A stretch of DNA of 63,756 nucleotides, counting the filler, from Stramenopiles sp. TOSAG23-2 (Eukaryota): the NCBI GenBank assembly GCA_900128395.1. It is 6 parts of 6 records of this genome, joined end to end, with 100 filler letters (N's around TTAATTAATTAA, not from the genome) between each part and the next. Parts side by side here need not be neighbours in the genome. Positions count along the whole stretch, not along the records: positions 1 to 28,462 come from LT649401.1; 5 more parts are not named here. One strand, written 5' to 3'. The translations under genes and the position numbers were made by a program. Below are positions 9,701-18,170 of the stretch, piece by piece; the stretch's first letter is position 1; each line of letters opens with the position of its first letter. The notes below the pieces were generated by a model, which saw nothing but the letters and a program-made list of their open reading frames with translations, was not told the origin of the DNA and did not search any database.

Positions 9701-12063
9701 ATAATGTTGTCGTTACAAATATTTTAGCTGATACTAGTGGAAATACCAATTCAATTATAAATAGCAAAATAACAGAAGGAAAAAAAACAAATGTTGTGAA
9801 TTATAATAACGATATCAATGTAAATGCTAAGCTAGTTTTATTGCGTAAATTTAAAGAAGTGGCATCCGGCAAATCGTTTGGAATCAATTGGCAAAATAAA
9901 AGTTTAACACGACGATTTTTAATGAGTTTGAATGACAAGTTTTGCTTAGCATCTGATTCTTTGCCAATAACATTACGAACTTTGTTAAATGTGGGATATG
10001 AAAAAGGTGCATTTTTATTCCCATATGACCTACGCCGACATTATTTCTTAGCGACTGCGTTTGGTGTCCGAAGAGCTTTGTATTACATACAACGCGAGGA
10101 TAATGCAAATGTGGGATTAGGTGGTGGTTCGAGACCGACAAGCCGCGGTTCACCATCGCCAATTCGAAGTTCCGCAAATCGCACTGAAGGGCGTTTTCGC
10201 TTGTCTAAGTTGAAGAAAGAACTAGTAATGATGTCTCGTGAGCATATTGTTAGTCATGCTACTTTGTTTTTTGGACAACATGCAAATAGGAAAGCGGCTT
10301 TAGAAGTTCGATTTTTAAGTGAAAAAGGAACAGGTTCAGGGGTTACACGTGAATTTTACAGTGTCTTGGCGTCTGCATTGCAATCTCGTGAAGGAAGTAA
10401 ATGCTCTGTACATACCGATAAACATTCACTGCTATCGTTAGTACCATGTGAATTAACAGTCAGCTCTGGCTACATGGATGTCACACATTCTGGTATAATT
10501 TCAACACAATTTTCTGGATTTCCAACAATGATTGCTAATAAAAATATTGCATTAAGCGATGGGAAATGGTATTATGAAGTTGAAATTACGAAGAAAGGGT
10601 TGGCACAAATAGGATTTGGCAGCTCCGTATATAATGGTGGTGACTCTGAGAAAGGAGATGGAGTCGGTGATGATGATGACAGCTGGTCGTATGATGGTGC
10701 ACGTGTATTGAAATGGCATGGTGGTTCAAATGATGGTTTCGGTCGAGGATGGAAAGTCGGAGATGTAGTTGGCTGTTGCGTAGATATGGATTTACGGGAG
10801 ATTAAATATAGTTTAAATGGATCCTTCACCGCTCCGATGGGAGTTGCATTTATCAATATTAGCGAAGACGTTAAATATGTTTACCCAGCACTGACGATTA
10901 ACAGTTCCTTTGGTGGCAAAGTATGTTTTGGCGGTGGAATGCATGGTACAACAAAATACGACCCACCAGAAGGTTATAAATGTATTTTTGAAGCATATGA
11001 TCTCCCTGTATTAAATGAAAGTTCCGATGCAAGTAAAGATTTAATACAGAAAAGTGTTAGTAATAACAATTCAGAATTTGATATGTGGGTGGATGATTTA
11101 AAACAAGAAGGCCAGTACGTAATGAACCCGATTGGTTTGTTTCCAACACCACTGCCAAATGGCCATGAAGCGACTAGAATTATTTGCAAGCGTTTCCAAT
11201 TGATTGGTCGCTTAGTTGGTCGAGCATTGATGGACGAACAAATTTTACCACTTCCTTTATCGTATGATTTCTTAAGTTTAGTTTTAGGGGAAACTATACC
11301 AATAGAACGATTACCTGGAATATTCGTTGATTCTCCGACACGAGGTAAATTAATACAAGATTTACTTAATAGTACCCGGGAAGATGAAAGCGAAACAATT
11401 TCTGTTAAGGATAACAATAGTAAGAAATTGCAAAGGCAGCTAAGTGCTGAACTGTACATGGAAGATATGGTTACTGGCGTACCATTGATCGAAAATGGTA
11501 ATGATATTTTAGTAGATGAAACAAACTACATGCAATACGTCCAATTAATGCATAAGTTTTTATGTACAGATGGAACGAAAAAGCAAGTAGAGGCATTTAA
11601 GCAAGGTTTAAACGATGTTGGCGAAAATGTCTTGAAGAAGTTAAGAATGTTTAGTCCAGCTGAGATTCGACAATTAATATGTGGAAATGAAACTATTGAT
11701 TGGACGGAAGATGTCATATTTGAATGTATCAATGCAGAGCATGGGTATCAAAAAGATAGCAAAGAAGTTCATGATTTAGCAACTGTTTTATGCGAGTTTG
11801 ATCAAACAGAGCGGAAATCGTTTTTAACATTTTTAACTGGATGCCCACATTTACCTGCTGGTGGATTGAAAAACTTATCTCCTCAAATATGTGTATATAA
11901 GAAGAAGCCATCAGATGAAGTTGGCGATATCGATAATGCATTGACAAGTAGTAGAACGTGCAGGAATCAATTGCATTTACCACCATATAGCAATGTAAAT
12001 ATTATGAGGAAAAAATTGAAGCAAAGTATGGAGGAAAGTTTAGGTGCTATTGATTTGGCGTAG
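748..12063 (+). CDS. Giant HECT E3 ubiquitin ligase (TRIP12/UPL3/HECTD1-like): ARM-like N-terminus, several Tudor-like domains, ankyrin repeats, UBA, RanBP2-type Zn finger, SPRY, HECT
   Basis: 3771-aa intronless ORF. Ankyrin GNTALHIAA/GGTPLHWAA; UBA LTDMGFPEDQVKRAL...NRAVEY; ZnF WCCFNCTFERN...CRLCG; SPRY GKWYYEVEI...WKVGDVVGC; HECT EKGTGSGVTREFY, FLTFLTGCPHLP, catalytic SRTCRNQLHLPPY. Confidence 0.93.
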   Translation: MDPSTFLQLLHRTDDEAAIYHFQILEQLNEVLLRAMDFGIVEKYPPSEFLPALCKILKRPVHILAETPVLCCRAIKQFLKIDQSRQCLRILLSQNIIGAYLDGLKVNRNNPDQTAKDLAEECIKTLEIFSRTFPSALYKEKALQPILQFKEICPPHFPADVKLSALSIISSICGCMNPFGDSNEFLSLLKSFVHELKSTKMNGGKGVNKIRESCLTSLSLLCDRGCFSIPQYDSQIFVTMKTELFPNLLPMLIRSEDVQLRSQVAILLSKVLSASEHVLRSMIQSNIIEIVNQSLGGHVLITTTTTNNNNNNNNYDIGNNNNNNENMKGNNNNENNNIDSNNTINATMTTTTAKTTAAASISLESLALCETLMNLLFTGHRMAALRSSPLQTLLRRNAGIHVGDAIVGLHPEQGQWYSGHVLADNGDGTFAVQYDDGEFEAKCNSVKHIGQASDSTQVRLLRAIQENNVTLVDQCLSKKGRPIDLLQCVDGQGTPTVVWALALGGSEIIERLLVHAKKLPKISRERLLGIALRTAAAFGRPWAIQRLLEEGAKAEERSGTGTSTYDAVLIGKFWAERCKVLIKRGGKHDQALNLLKESFKPNLEKEKQAFINICEKQLQIYNNQDHQKKKMNDDMTIKDVELGDDIVVAAATTTTTNEEKKNNVISLDMQKKTNDDNDVNKNNDKQTNNENKKSVEKTLEFLHTSIVKCQSAFVGSILQTLCNLSNDPSCEASLRLHTVRLILSLCQYAPKEMLRKSIIEDNKEQSPFLNEGEVRRRDSRNNISSRNSNNSSSTEEKNHGNDNNNTNNSTDNAVSKSDDDADLDMDEFAMFQPRPKITISAILATLLEQLLVPQGDQDLLGMALRLTWSLLKKDLDYFHPEFLRRGIIEKVEVIYDQEAHSKNFLGACCSAILELEIEEEELMATKNENDLFLNKLNAIPLSPLSPSKRKGILDDSPGTSSSLSGRKGSIRDGSPSLKRLLRSGSAYDALVNAVGDLQAICMAKSYESLTVVESQEFDHAIAVLTNTFTNNDFTAYEFEQSNLEELLTFVFNDDNEIGKTYVPHFNSAFGLSDISLISPDGKEDDEDDDALARRRRSSSKGGGSFNHQDESFFKLITALQTSLAKEVEFLCSNATSPEKKDGNNQNGTSSAKKQNDYNSNWTKPIRVCLKRYDNDDTTKANIVEVEGDRDLTVNDSNNIGKIEDLDGKVFPVESLVPIADIESEILKQASFNSPKYRRWCMWLVGRRVEVLKSNGSWAVGEVLSWNKRKSSHKIVYNDGETQDHVMSKMYYRVIKMDENANSLGIEPLIIGLTRDGKTEEVKECLGVGNNSNTIPVNASNEEGKTDVETEEIPWDEIYDVNIQNSFGNTALHIAASWARTDIATMLLEKGGDLNARNSVGGTPLHWAARYGKVISIELLAKAGADMSAVDNDGKTPADVAESLRVSEAVIANGGKITEKFYNVGDLVRIRDNVWIHADVHNNDNTDEGSKSFPTYGWPKGTSEKDIALLKSASDSGLKENATAPKYIVGTIVEIVPSTDSKDGKLVIDFAEDESMEMTGWNAAPWEVISVVKPSFLIGSDKLADAASWKAPLSIIDDAAEKSGYVESISCIFSRSPTYSKLKVNVFERIRDRQFALISTVSIPIDTTVLTPQLQMIKLPKSERPKIGKGQYLGLSCVRGHHLNIHSRSTKGYKTNIFYGDPPTRRGQISTFKSYLGSDKRGTTAAGWFATIVVDQDDDVDVQDKGAVGETVYANNLKKTASTSSKEKFRQGDRVMAMWKEGRQAKYTDFYPSTIMSVNKDGTYVVKYDDGYSDKAVKPKFIHAVEKADVEKNVVAKFKAARAEKLRRNQRKSSTNDGSSQSSSRRSSRSESADMLAKMKERVKSMRSRLENSGLRPPPAPGSGWEEMMRGESERPTGTPGSSTPFSSIRELRQKQTRPKKPQKPPEPPAAMVAQLTDMGFPEDQVKRALLAAGNDPNRAVEYCMNPDAMPSSAFSEMAQQVFGGGSDNNNEGTPSGMLQSRSSNNPTSQTTSASSFQSELGQMFGGLMSEMGNALGRSRGNSENETDEDKAGPPPTDEFTDSLKVGMFVDAKDSYGKWYEAAVKEVIPESPNGKRVFIHFFGWSDRFNEWIDVNSGRVQPSYSMIEPWRESLLSPGTMVECKIASGGENSGSREWNIAKVVDVNEDNEEIKIQSLMSNETNDPVLRAEEWISIESERLCKQGTHIVAISTDPDKLLNDPRALAQLLQNPSSLRGALSAMARETSGDSEHAGALSALQKQLGFLAKKIIRSGPQREPETVVDPTPLYWCCFNCTFERNLPSERYCRLCGMRGIVPRREMVEDLQVVVQNKDTGMWEEGRVSSSNEDGSITITFVNGINECVVKDPVGITSKMGEDDTVVQVSSLAARQEDEEFEQDKAEQREERRQHSEGEVIRLKGTNILQDARAEKILYSRHSDTESFQRAKASELFIALPKEYKVGNTVGNRGTLIQPFKIQTFMSNEHLYNAHFGSSLSKRDHYLRMKSTVDSNIHTYNPVYLIGQRVEFYWVLESQWFEGTISNYDPISNMHTVLYDDGEVKQYNLKKKTWRVLRTYALGDIVECWKSSKLMFVPGKIVKVDKKNGYYKVELFEKLNVKQRKSPKVSGKKGKKKDINNSKSTTNTTRKNGVSLRPGAFYLGTFAKTDVVNVLSNGGLNNSANYEIVGINNAPSNDMEVQDDIVNDDNNAVTTTAMNRLVSLAQFNSEDRANQQILSPVVHPLHLRFNLFVENEDNTKYIFNPMYEHVLQTLFAKIVSFIDSNDGLAIPNEQFQALAKVSVVFRRAFEASSATMNNTSKAKGGDKNSNKTGEIFSSSDVVIDEDGDENSSTRNLLEYEYIDFGIFKNILNLLRVEILSRALWTDLTCICNYKYDLEEFAEETEEAVEESKEKNIFDVNGVTKLQSDQTLSSVVAEWWETFGEPKGETYEADKVYTIFYKLGFVPNKFTTGKNNVVVTNILADTSGNTNSIINSKITEGKKTNVVNYNNDINVNAKLVLLRKFKEVASGKSFGINWQNKSLTRRFLMSLNDKFCLASDSLPITLRTLLNVGYEKGAFLFPYDLRRHYFLATAFGVRRALYYIQREDNANVGLGGGSRPTSRGSPSPIRSSANRTEGRFRLSKLKKELVMMSREHIVSHATLFFGQHANRKAALEVRFLSEKGTGSGVTREFYSVLASALQSREGSKCSVHTDKHSLLSLVPCELTVSSGYMDVTHSGIISTQFSGFPTMIANKNIALSDGKWYYEVEITKKGLAQIGFGSSVYNGGDSEKGDGVGDDDDSWSYDGARVLKWHGGSNDGFGRGWKVGDVVGCCVDMDLREIKYSLNGSFTAPMGVAFINISEDVKYVYPALTINSSFGGKVCFGGGMHGTTKYDPPEGYKCIFEAYDLPVLNESSDASKDLIQKSVSNNNSEFDMWVDDLKQEGQYVMNPIGLFPTPLPNGHEATRIICKRFQLIGRLVGRALMDEQILPLPLSYDFLSLVLGETIPIERLPGIFVDSPTRGKLIQDLLNSTREDESETISVKDNNSKKLQRQLSAELYMEDMVTGVPLIENGNDILVDETNYMQYVQLMHKFLCTDGTKKQVEAFKQGLNDVGENVLKKLRMFSPAEIRQLICGNETIDWTEDVIFECINAEHGYQKDSKEVHDLATVLCEFDQTERKSFLTFLTGCPHLPAGGLKNLSPQICVYKKKPSDEVGDIDNALTSSRTCRNQLHLPPYSNVNIMRKKLKQSMEESLGAIDLA

Positions 12064-12171
12064 GGAGGGACACGTTAAAAAAGTATATGAACTTTGTGTA
12101 TTTAATTTATAATGTGTAAAAATAAAGGTCAAGAAGGAGAGTGCCGAGTAGTGAAGGAGAGTGAAACATGT

Positions 12172-12699
12172 GATGAGAGAGTTGTGAAAAAAGGAAATTA
12201 ATACGTCGGTACTCGTAGGAGAGTGTGGAGAAAAATGAATGTCCCACACATAATAAAAATTAATATTTCGATATTTCGAACACGCTTCGTCGGGGTATAT
12301 CTCATATTCACATGAAAAAAAAATTACGAAGGTACGTCGTACGTAACAAAAATATTTTAATATTACGTCATACTTTTATATTTTCAGTATTTTTACCCTC
12401 TAAAAATGTACACCCTTTTTACAATACTCCACAAACGATGAGAGAGTTGTGAAAAAAGGAAATTAATACGTCGGTACTCGTAGGAGAGTGTGGAGAAAAA
12501 TGAATGTCCCACACATAATAAAAATTAATATTTCGATATTTCGAACACGCTTCGTCGGGGTATATCTCATATTCACATGAAAAAAAAATTACGAAGGTAC
12601 GTCGTACGTAACAAAAATATTTTAATATTACGTCATACTTTTATATTTTCAGTATTTTTACCCTCTAAAATGTACACCCTTTTTACAATACTCCACAAC
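12172..12699. repeat. Tandem duplication of a ~265-bp intergenic unit (12172-12436, 12437-12699)
   Basis: The two copies are identical apart from homopolymer-length differences. They lie between convergent genes. Confidence 0.9.
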
Positions 12700-12728
12700 T
12701 CCCTGCCTGCTGCCTGCCTGTTCCCTTT

Positions 12729-14924
12729 TTATTGTTCACTTTCTTTCATCTCATTTTGATTGTGTTCCGCTCCACTGCTGTTATCATCCACCACATCTTC
12801 TACAACAACATCGTTATTTTGTTGCTGCTGTTGCATCTGCTCATTATTATTCTGTATTCCTTGATTTTCTTCATCATCAATATCATTAGATGATGTATTA
12901 TTATTGTCAGTAGTGAAATATCCAATCGAACCATTATTATCTGGATTTACAAATACTATACTTTGTTTACTAGTAATATTATTATCATCGTTTGATGACG
13001 TAGTGCCTTCTTCATTTGATGGTACTACTTGACTGTTATTAATATTAAATCGAGCCATTAAAACGTCATTCAATGTAACAATGATAATATTGAAATTTCT
13101 TGCTCTAAATATGATTAAAATCATTAAAAGGAAGATAAATTCAATAGTATCATCTATTATTTGCTTTACATACGGCGAGTAAACTCGTACACTTACTTCT
13201 ATATTGATGTAAAACCATGTTATGGCATTTAAACACAAATATATTGTAAATGCCCATCGATAATATAAGAATAATCTTAATTTAATATCTTGAGGTGTAT
13301 TTGTTAAATCCACACCTGGCTGAATGTCTTCTAATGCTTCTAATTGCAACGACATTTCCCCACTTCTATTTACACTGGCAATCCATACAACAACTAAAAT
13401 GAAGGCATAACTAACACCGAGGCTTATAACTCCCATAACATATATAGCAGTGTTTAAACCATTTACAGTACCACTGTATCGGCGATAATATGGTTCTATG
13501 AATTGGCTCCCAGAGAAATAGGTACTAAATAATTTTCCTAAAAAAAATACAAATAAAACTAAATACATTTGAACTGTCTCTTTTCGTGTAAAGGATTTCG
13601 TAGTAATCATCCATCCTTTTGCTATTCGTATCATCATTTCATATAATAATGTTTCAAATATTACTTCCACAACAACATTTACTAATGGTGTAGTTGGCTT
13701 GTTTAAATTTGAATTTACCCAATATTGCCAATTTCTATAGATGTATAATAATATCATTTTTTCATCGTATGAATGTGTGTGTGTGTGTGTTTAAAAATGT
13801 TAGAAAACACATGAAAAACAAAGATTGAAAATGATATATATATATATATATCTCCAATATACTTACAAATATTGTACAAATGATTTTAACACTAATATTG
13901 GTGCGATATGCCATTGTAATAAAATACCATTTGCATTTCTAAAAATAAATGTATTAACAATCCATACGATTGCCAATGCAGCATATATAAGCATTATTAC
14001 AAAATAAACTGTGATATATGGCACTTCAGATGTAGAAAGCCATCCATTTGGATTTTTATATGTATACCAAAATTCTAAATCAAAATCATTAAAATCTTGT
14101 ACATACATGGTGCAATTAATATTATGTATTTTGTTCCAATCATTAACATATGTAAAAGAAGAAATATGATCTCCACCATTATTACCATTATTAGTTTCTA
14201 CATATGTGATTAAATTAGTAGATGGACATGATCTTAATGCAGCACCACGATAACCTCTCATTTCACAATTTGTAAATGTCTATTATGGAACGTAGCGTAG
14301 GATATATATATATATATAAAGGGAGAGCGAGAGATGGTGTTAGAGAGAGGACATCATTTGTATTATTAAATTTAAAGGAAAAAGGAATTTACTTACAAAT
14401 ACATAAACTTCCGGTTTTGTAAATGTTATATTAAATTGTAAATTAGCAGTATATGTCCCACCTAAATCTTTTGTCGTATCTGGCGTTGCAATTAATGGAT
14501 ATGCAATACAATCTGGTGCATTTTTATGATACCAATCTAATACACACATAGATCTTGATTCTTTTGGAAGGGAACGTGCAATACTTGAATAATACCTAAT
14601 TGCACTACGATAGGATTTATATGGGCATAAATTGACATAAAACATAATACGATCATTTCGTGTTGGATTATTAAATGAATCATATTGCATCATTTGATTA
14701 TATGAAGATGTTTTTGGATCTGTCATTTTTACTTTAATTTGCATATCTGCATGACCATTAATATCAAAACCATATAAATTCATATTGACCAAATCCGACG
14801 TACCAAGTACTGCATATGGTTTCGAATATTTATCTTTTGTTTTTGCTTGTGCATTTACATGTGAAATATTATTATAAAATATATTAGTAATAATAATCAT
14901 AAATATGTAATAATATTTTATCAT
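12729..14924 (-). CDS. GPR107/GPR108/TMEM87-like (GOST, lung 7TM) membrane protein, 3 exons (14924-14397, 14279-13867, 13734-12729), ~648 aa
   Basis: GTAAGT...AG introns at 14396-14280 and 13866-13735 join three ORFs in frame. Signal peptide, YVF|TFTNC, YKNPNGWLS..EVP motif, IAKGWMIT, seven hydrophobic segments. Confidence 0.8.
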
Positions 14925-16006
14925 ACTGATGATATATATATATATATATAATATTATTATCTATCAATATATATATATGATCTACAAAATGGATTAATTT
15001 AAATAAATATTTTATAATCTGATAATGATGATGTGTTATGACAATACGTATATATATATATATGTCCATCCATCAATGTGTTTGTGTCCCACACATGTTT
15101 ACATTATATATATTGGGCTGTATCTGGTATATATATATATTATAGGGAGACGAGACGATTTTTATGAGTGTATAGGCCAATATAGGGATGTAGGGATCGA
15201 GTAGACTGTAACTATGCACCTATCACCATATGTAGAGACGTATTGTAGACGACTATAGATCTATGTCAATTTTGTCAAAGTAGCATGTGTATTAACGTGA
15301 TAAAACGTGATACGTGATAACTGCCTCTCTGTATTCTGTGTTCTGTGTTCTGTGTACTACGTACTACTGTACACTCTGAGTGAGCCAGTGAGACTCTCGG
15401 AGGCACAAAGGGAAATATTCTAAGATCGTTGCTCTTGATCTCTTGATGCTGCTGCTGATGCTGCTGCTGTTTTCCAGTGTCTGCTACGATATATATAATA
15501 TTCCATGGAATTATATAAATTCAATATATATAAAGAAGTACTGAGTAATACGTATAGAATAAAAAGCACAAAAAGATAAAATAAAACCTTCCAGATTTCC
15601 GATAGAACAAAATTTTCCTCTCTCTACAAACCATATTATTAATATTATAATATATTACAATATTTAATACTATATTTACTCTACATCTGTATACATCTGT
15701 ACATATCATTATACAATTTGTAGCTGCTTTTTGTGTTTTTCAGCTTTTTTGTGATGAGCCCGTAAACCTAATGAGCTAATAATGCTACCTATGCGCCTGT
15801 TTTTAAAATGATGATTCCATTTTCCTCATTCCCATCAGGATATTTTGATATATCTATTAGAGTTTATTAATATTAACACTGCACACTATTGGATTTATGA
15901 ATGAATAAAACACCCCATAAAAAAATATGAATATAGATATGAATATACAGAGAGAGAGATGGATACAAGTGAACAACAACACAAGAAAGATCAGAAGAAG
16001 ACAACA

Positions 16007-16988
16007 ATGGAACAACAACAATTTCAACCACCACCTGGTAATCAATTTCAACCACCACCTGGTAATCAATTTCAACCACCACCGTAAGTATTATTATTAA
16101 CACAATATATAGATACCAAATATTATAATTACGTAATTTATTATTTATTTATAAATTAATTTATATTTATAAATAAATAAAATACTATCTATCTAATAAT
16201 ATTAATAACTTTACATATCATATAAAAAAAATATATTTTTCTAACATCATTTTACATACATATTCATATATATATATATACGAATGCACAGTGGTGGACA
16301 ATTTTATCAACAACCACCACCACCACAACAACAACAACAAAGAGAACCACCACCATTGGAAACACCAAGTCAAACTATTTATGTAAACCACATAAATCAA
16401 AAAATCAAACCAAATGTATTAAAAGAACATTTACAAACTATTTTTTCAAAATATGGTACTATATTAGAATTACATGTGCGGAAATCATATAAAACAAGAG
16501 GGCAAGCATGGGTTACATATGAAAACATGGACGATGCAAAAAAAGCAATTGATAATTTAATTATTATACAAACTGAATTTAACGATTTAAATATTAATAA
16601 TACAAGACCAATACAAGTGAATTATAGTAAAAATAAAGCAATTACAATCGCAAAAAAAGATGGAACGTATAAAGAAAGAAAACGTGTATTTGATAATAAT
16701 AATACTAATCAAAACGGTAATGATGGTAACAACGATAATAATAATAAAAGGATGAAAATAGATAATCCACCGCATAGTACATTATTAATACAAAATATAC
16801 CAAAAGAAATGGAAGAACAACAATTAATTGAAATATTTAATAAATTTCCAAAATTTAAAAAATTTCGTTTTATACGTATACGTGATGTTGCATTTGTTGA
16901 TTTTGATAATGTTAGTAGTGCAACACATGCTATAAATGAAATACGACGGGTGGAACCATCGATGCATTTAAATTATGCAAAGCAGTAG
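16007..16988 (+). CDS. U1A/U2B''/SNF-family snRNP protein with two RRMs, 2 exons (16007-16083, 16292-16988), ~257 aa
   Basis: PSQTIYVNHINQKIK...RGQAWVTY and NPPHSTLLIQNIP...VAFVDF. A GTAAGT...CAG intron joins an upstream exon of QFQPPPGN repeats in frame. Confidence 0.88.
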
Positions 16989-17681
16989 CGAGAGAGTGTG
17001 TGAGGTGGGGATGGAGTAATGAGAGAGAGAGAGAGAGAGAATGGTTATGGAGTAATAAAGCGTTGATGTGTATTTATTTTTTTTGTTCAAAAATATACAT
17101 AAACTGCGCACTTGTATTCTGGTATTGCTATATGAGCTACGAATCGTATGAAGTAATACGAGTATGGAGTATGCTGGTAATGCTCCTGTATTCTACTGCT
17201 TTTTAATCTTTTACATCACCTTGCACTTCTCTTTGGAATTTTATACATAAATTAATTATCGTAAATCAATACGAATAGTATATGAAAAGTTCACATGATT
17301 AAATGTAAATTTTCGATATTATACACTATCACACGACAGTCTTTTTTTTTTAATCTTTTAGCAAAAAGGCTGGAAATAGTATAGTAATTTTAAAGTCTTC
17401 AATAGTACATAGTGTTATTTACAAAGTCATAAAAGAAGGAAAGTCCTCCTCCTTTTTCTTGACTTTAAAAATGGAGGAGGGGATTTTATCTTTTTTATAT
17501 CTTATAATACACTAAACTCGTTAAAAGACAAGAGTAAGGCGAAGGGAAGAAGGTATGCGAAAGATAGACTTTGTTATACAACACGATTGAAGAGGAACGA
17601 CTGTCTTGTAGAAATATATATATACAGAGGCATATTTAGAATAGTAGATTTTAGAATACTTTTATTAAGTTTTGTTTAAAA

Positions 17682-18170
17682 ATGAAAAGGAGGACGTTGT
17701 TAACATTGATATGTTTTTTATCAATAGCTATAGATTCTACAAATTTTGTTATTAGTTTAAAGTGTAAAGCTGGTGAACGTGTAATAGGAGGTATAGTTAC
17801 ATCTGGTTCTGCATCACAATGTAGTGGTCTATTTAAAATAACAACATGGCAAGAATGTAAATTAGCAGCTGAATATAATAGGGAGAATAATATTGATAAA
17901 AATGTAGGATATGGAGACGGAACGAGTTCGTCGGGTTGGCCACCTGGATGTATTTATGATAGTGGTTATAATAATAAATATTATTGGAATATATACACAA
18001 AATCAACAAAAAAATGTAGTAATGGTATTAAATGTATATGCAAAACAAAAACATGTATCAAATGCCCAATCAATACATATAGTGAAGGTGGTACCAATCC
18101 AACATGTACAGCATGTCCACCAAAGACTCCATATACATATGATCCTCTTCTGGATCAAACCTCAAAATAA
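17682..18170 (+). CDS. N-terminal part of a secreted Cys-rich protein; truncated at an apparent rearrangement junction
   Basis: Signal peptide and ECKLAA...PPGC...YYWN...KCICK module, then CPINTYS repeat. Paralog at 62156-62538. Its last 55 nt before the stop recur inverted at 28408-28462, where the frame continues. Confidence 0.75.
   Translation: MKRRTLLTLICFLSIAIDSTNFVISLKCKAGERVIGGIVTSGSASQCSGLFKITTWQECKLAAEYNRENNIDKNVGYGDGTSSSGWPPGCIYDSGYNNKYYWNIYTKSTKKCSNGIKCICKTKTCIKCPINTYSEGGTNPTCTACPPKTPYTYDPLLDQTSK

Noticed and set aside
813-11986. Many antisense and alternative-frame ORFs inside the HECT gene and other long CDSs
   Set aside because: No motifs; expected shadows of long coding sequences.
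12172-12699. 265-bp tandem duplication as an LTR or regulatory repeat
   Set aside because: The copies differ only in homopolymer length and show no element hallmarks. It is either an assembly artefact or a trivial recent duplication.
15751-15850. Possible box C/D snoRNA (GTGATGA, ATGATGA)
   Set aside because: No CTGA D box or terminal stem found.
17911-18165. Overlap of ORFs 17682 and 17911 as programmed frameshifting
   Set aside because: The overlapping part of 17911 is an off-frame shadow. The junction is explained by the 55-bp inverted match to the contig end.
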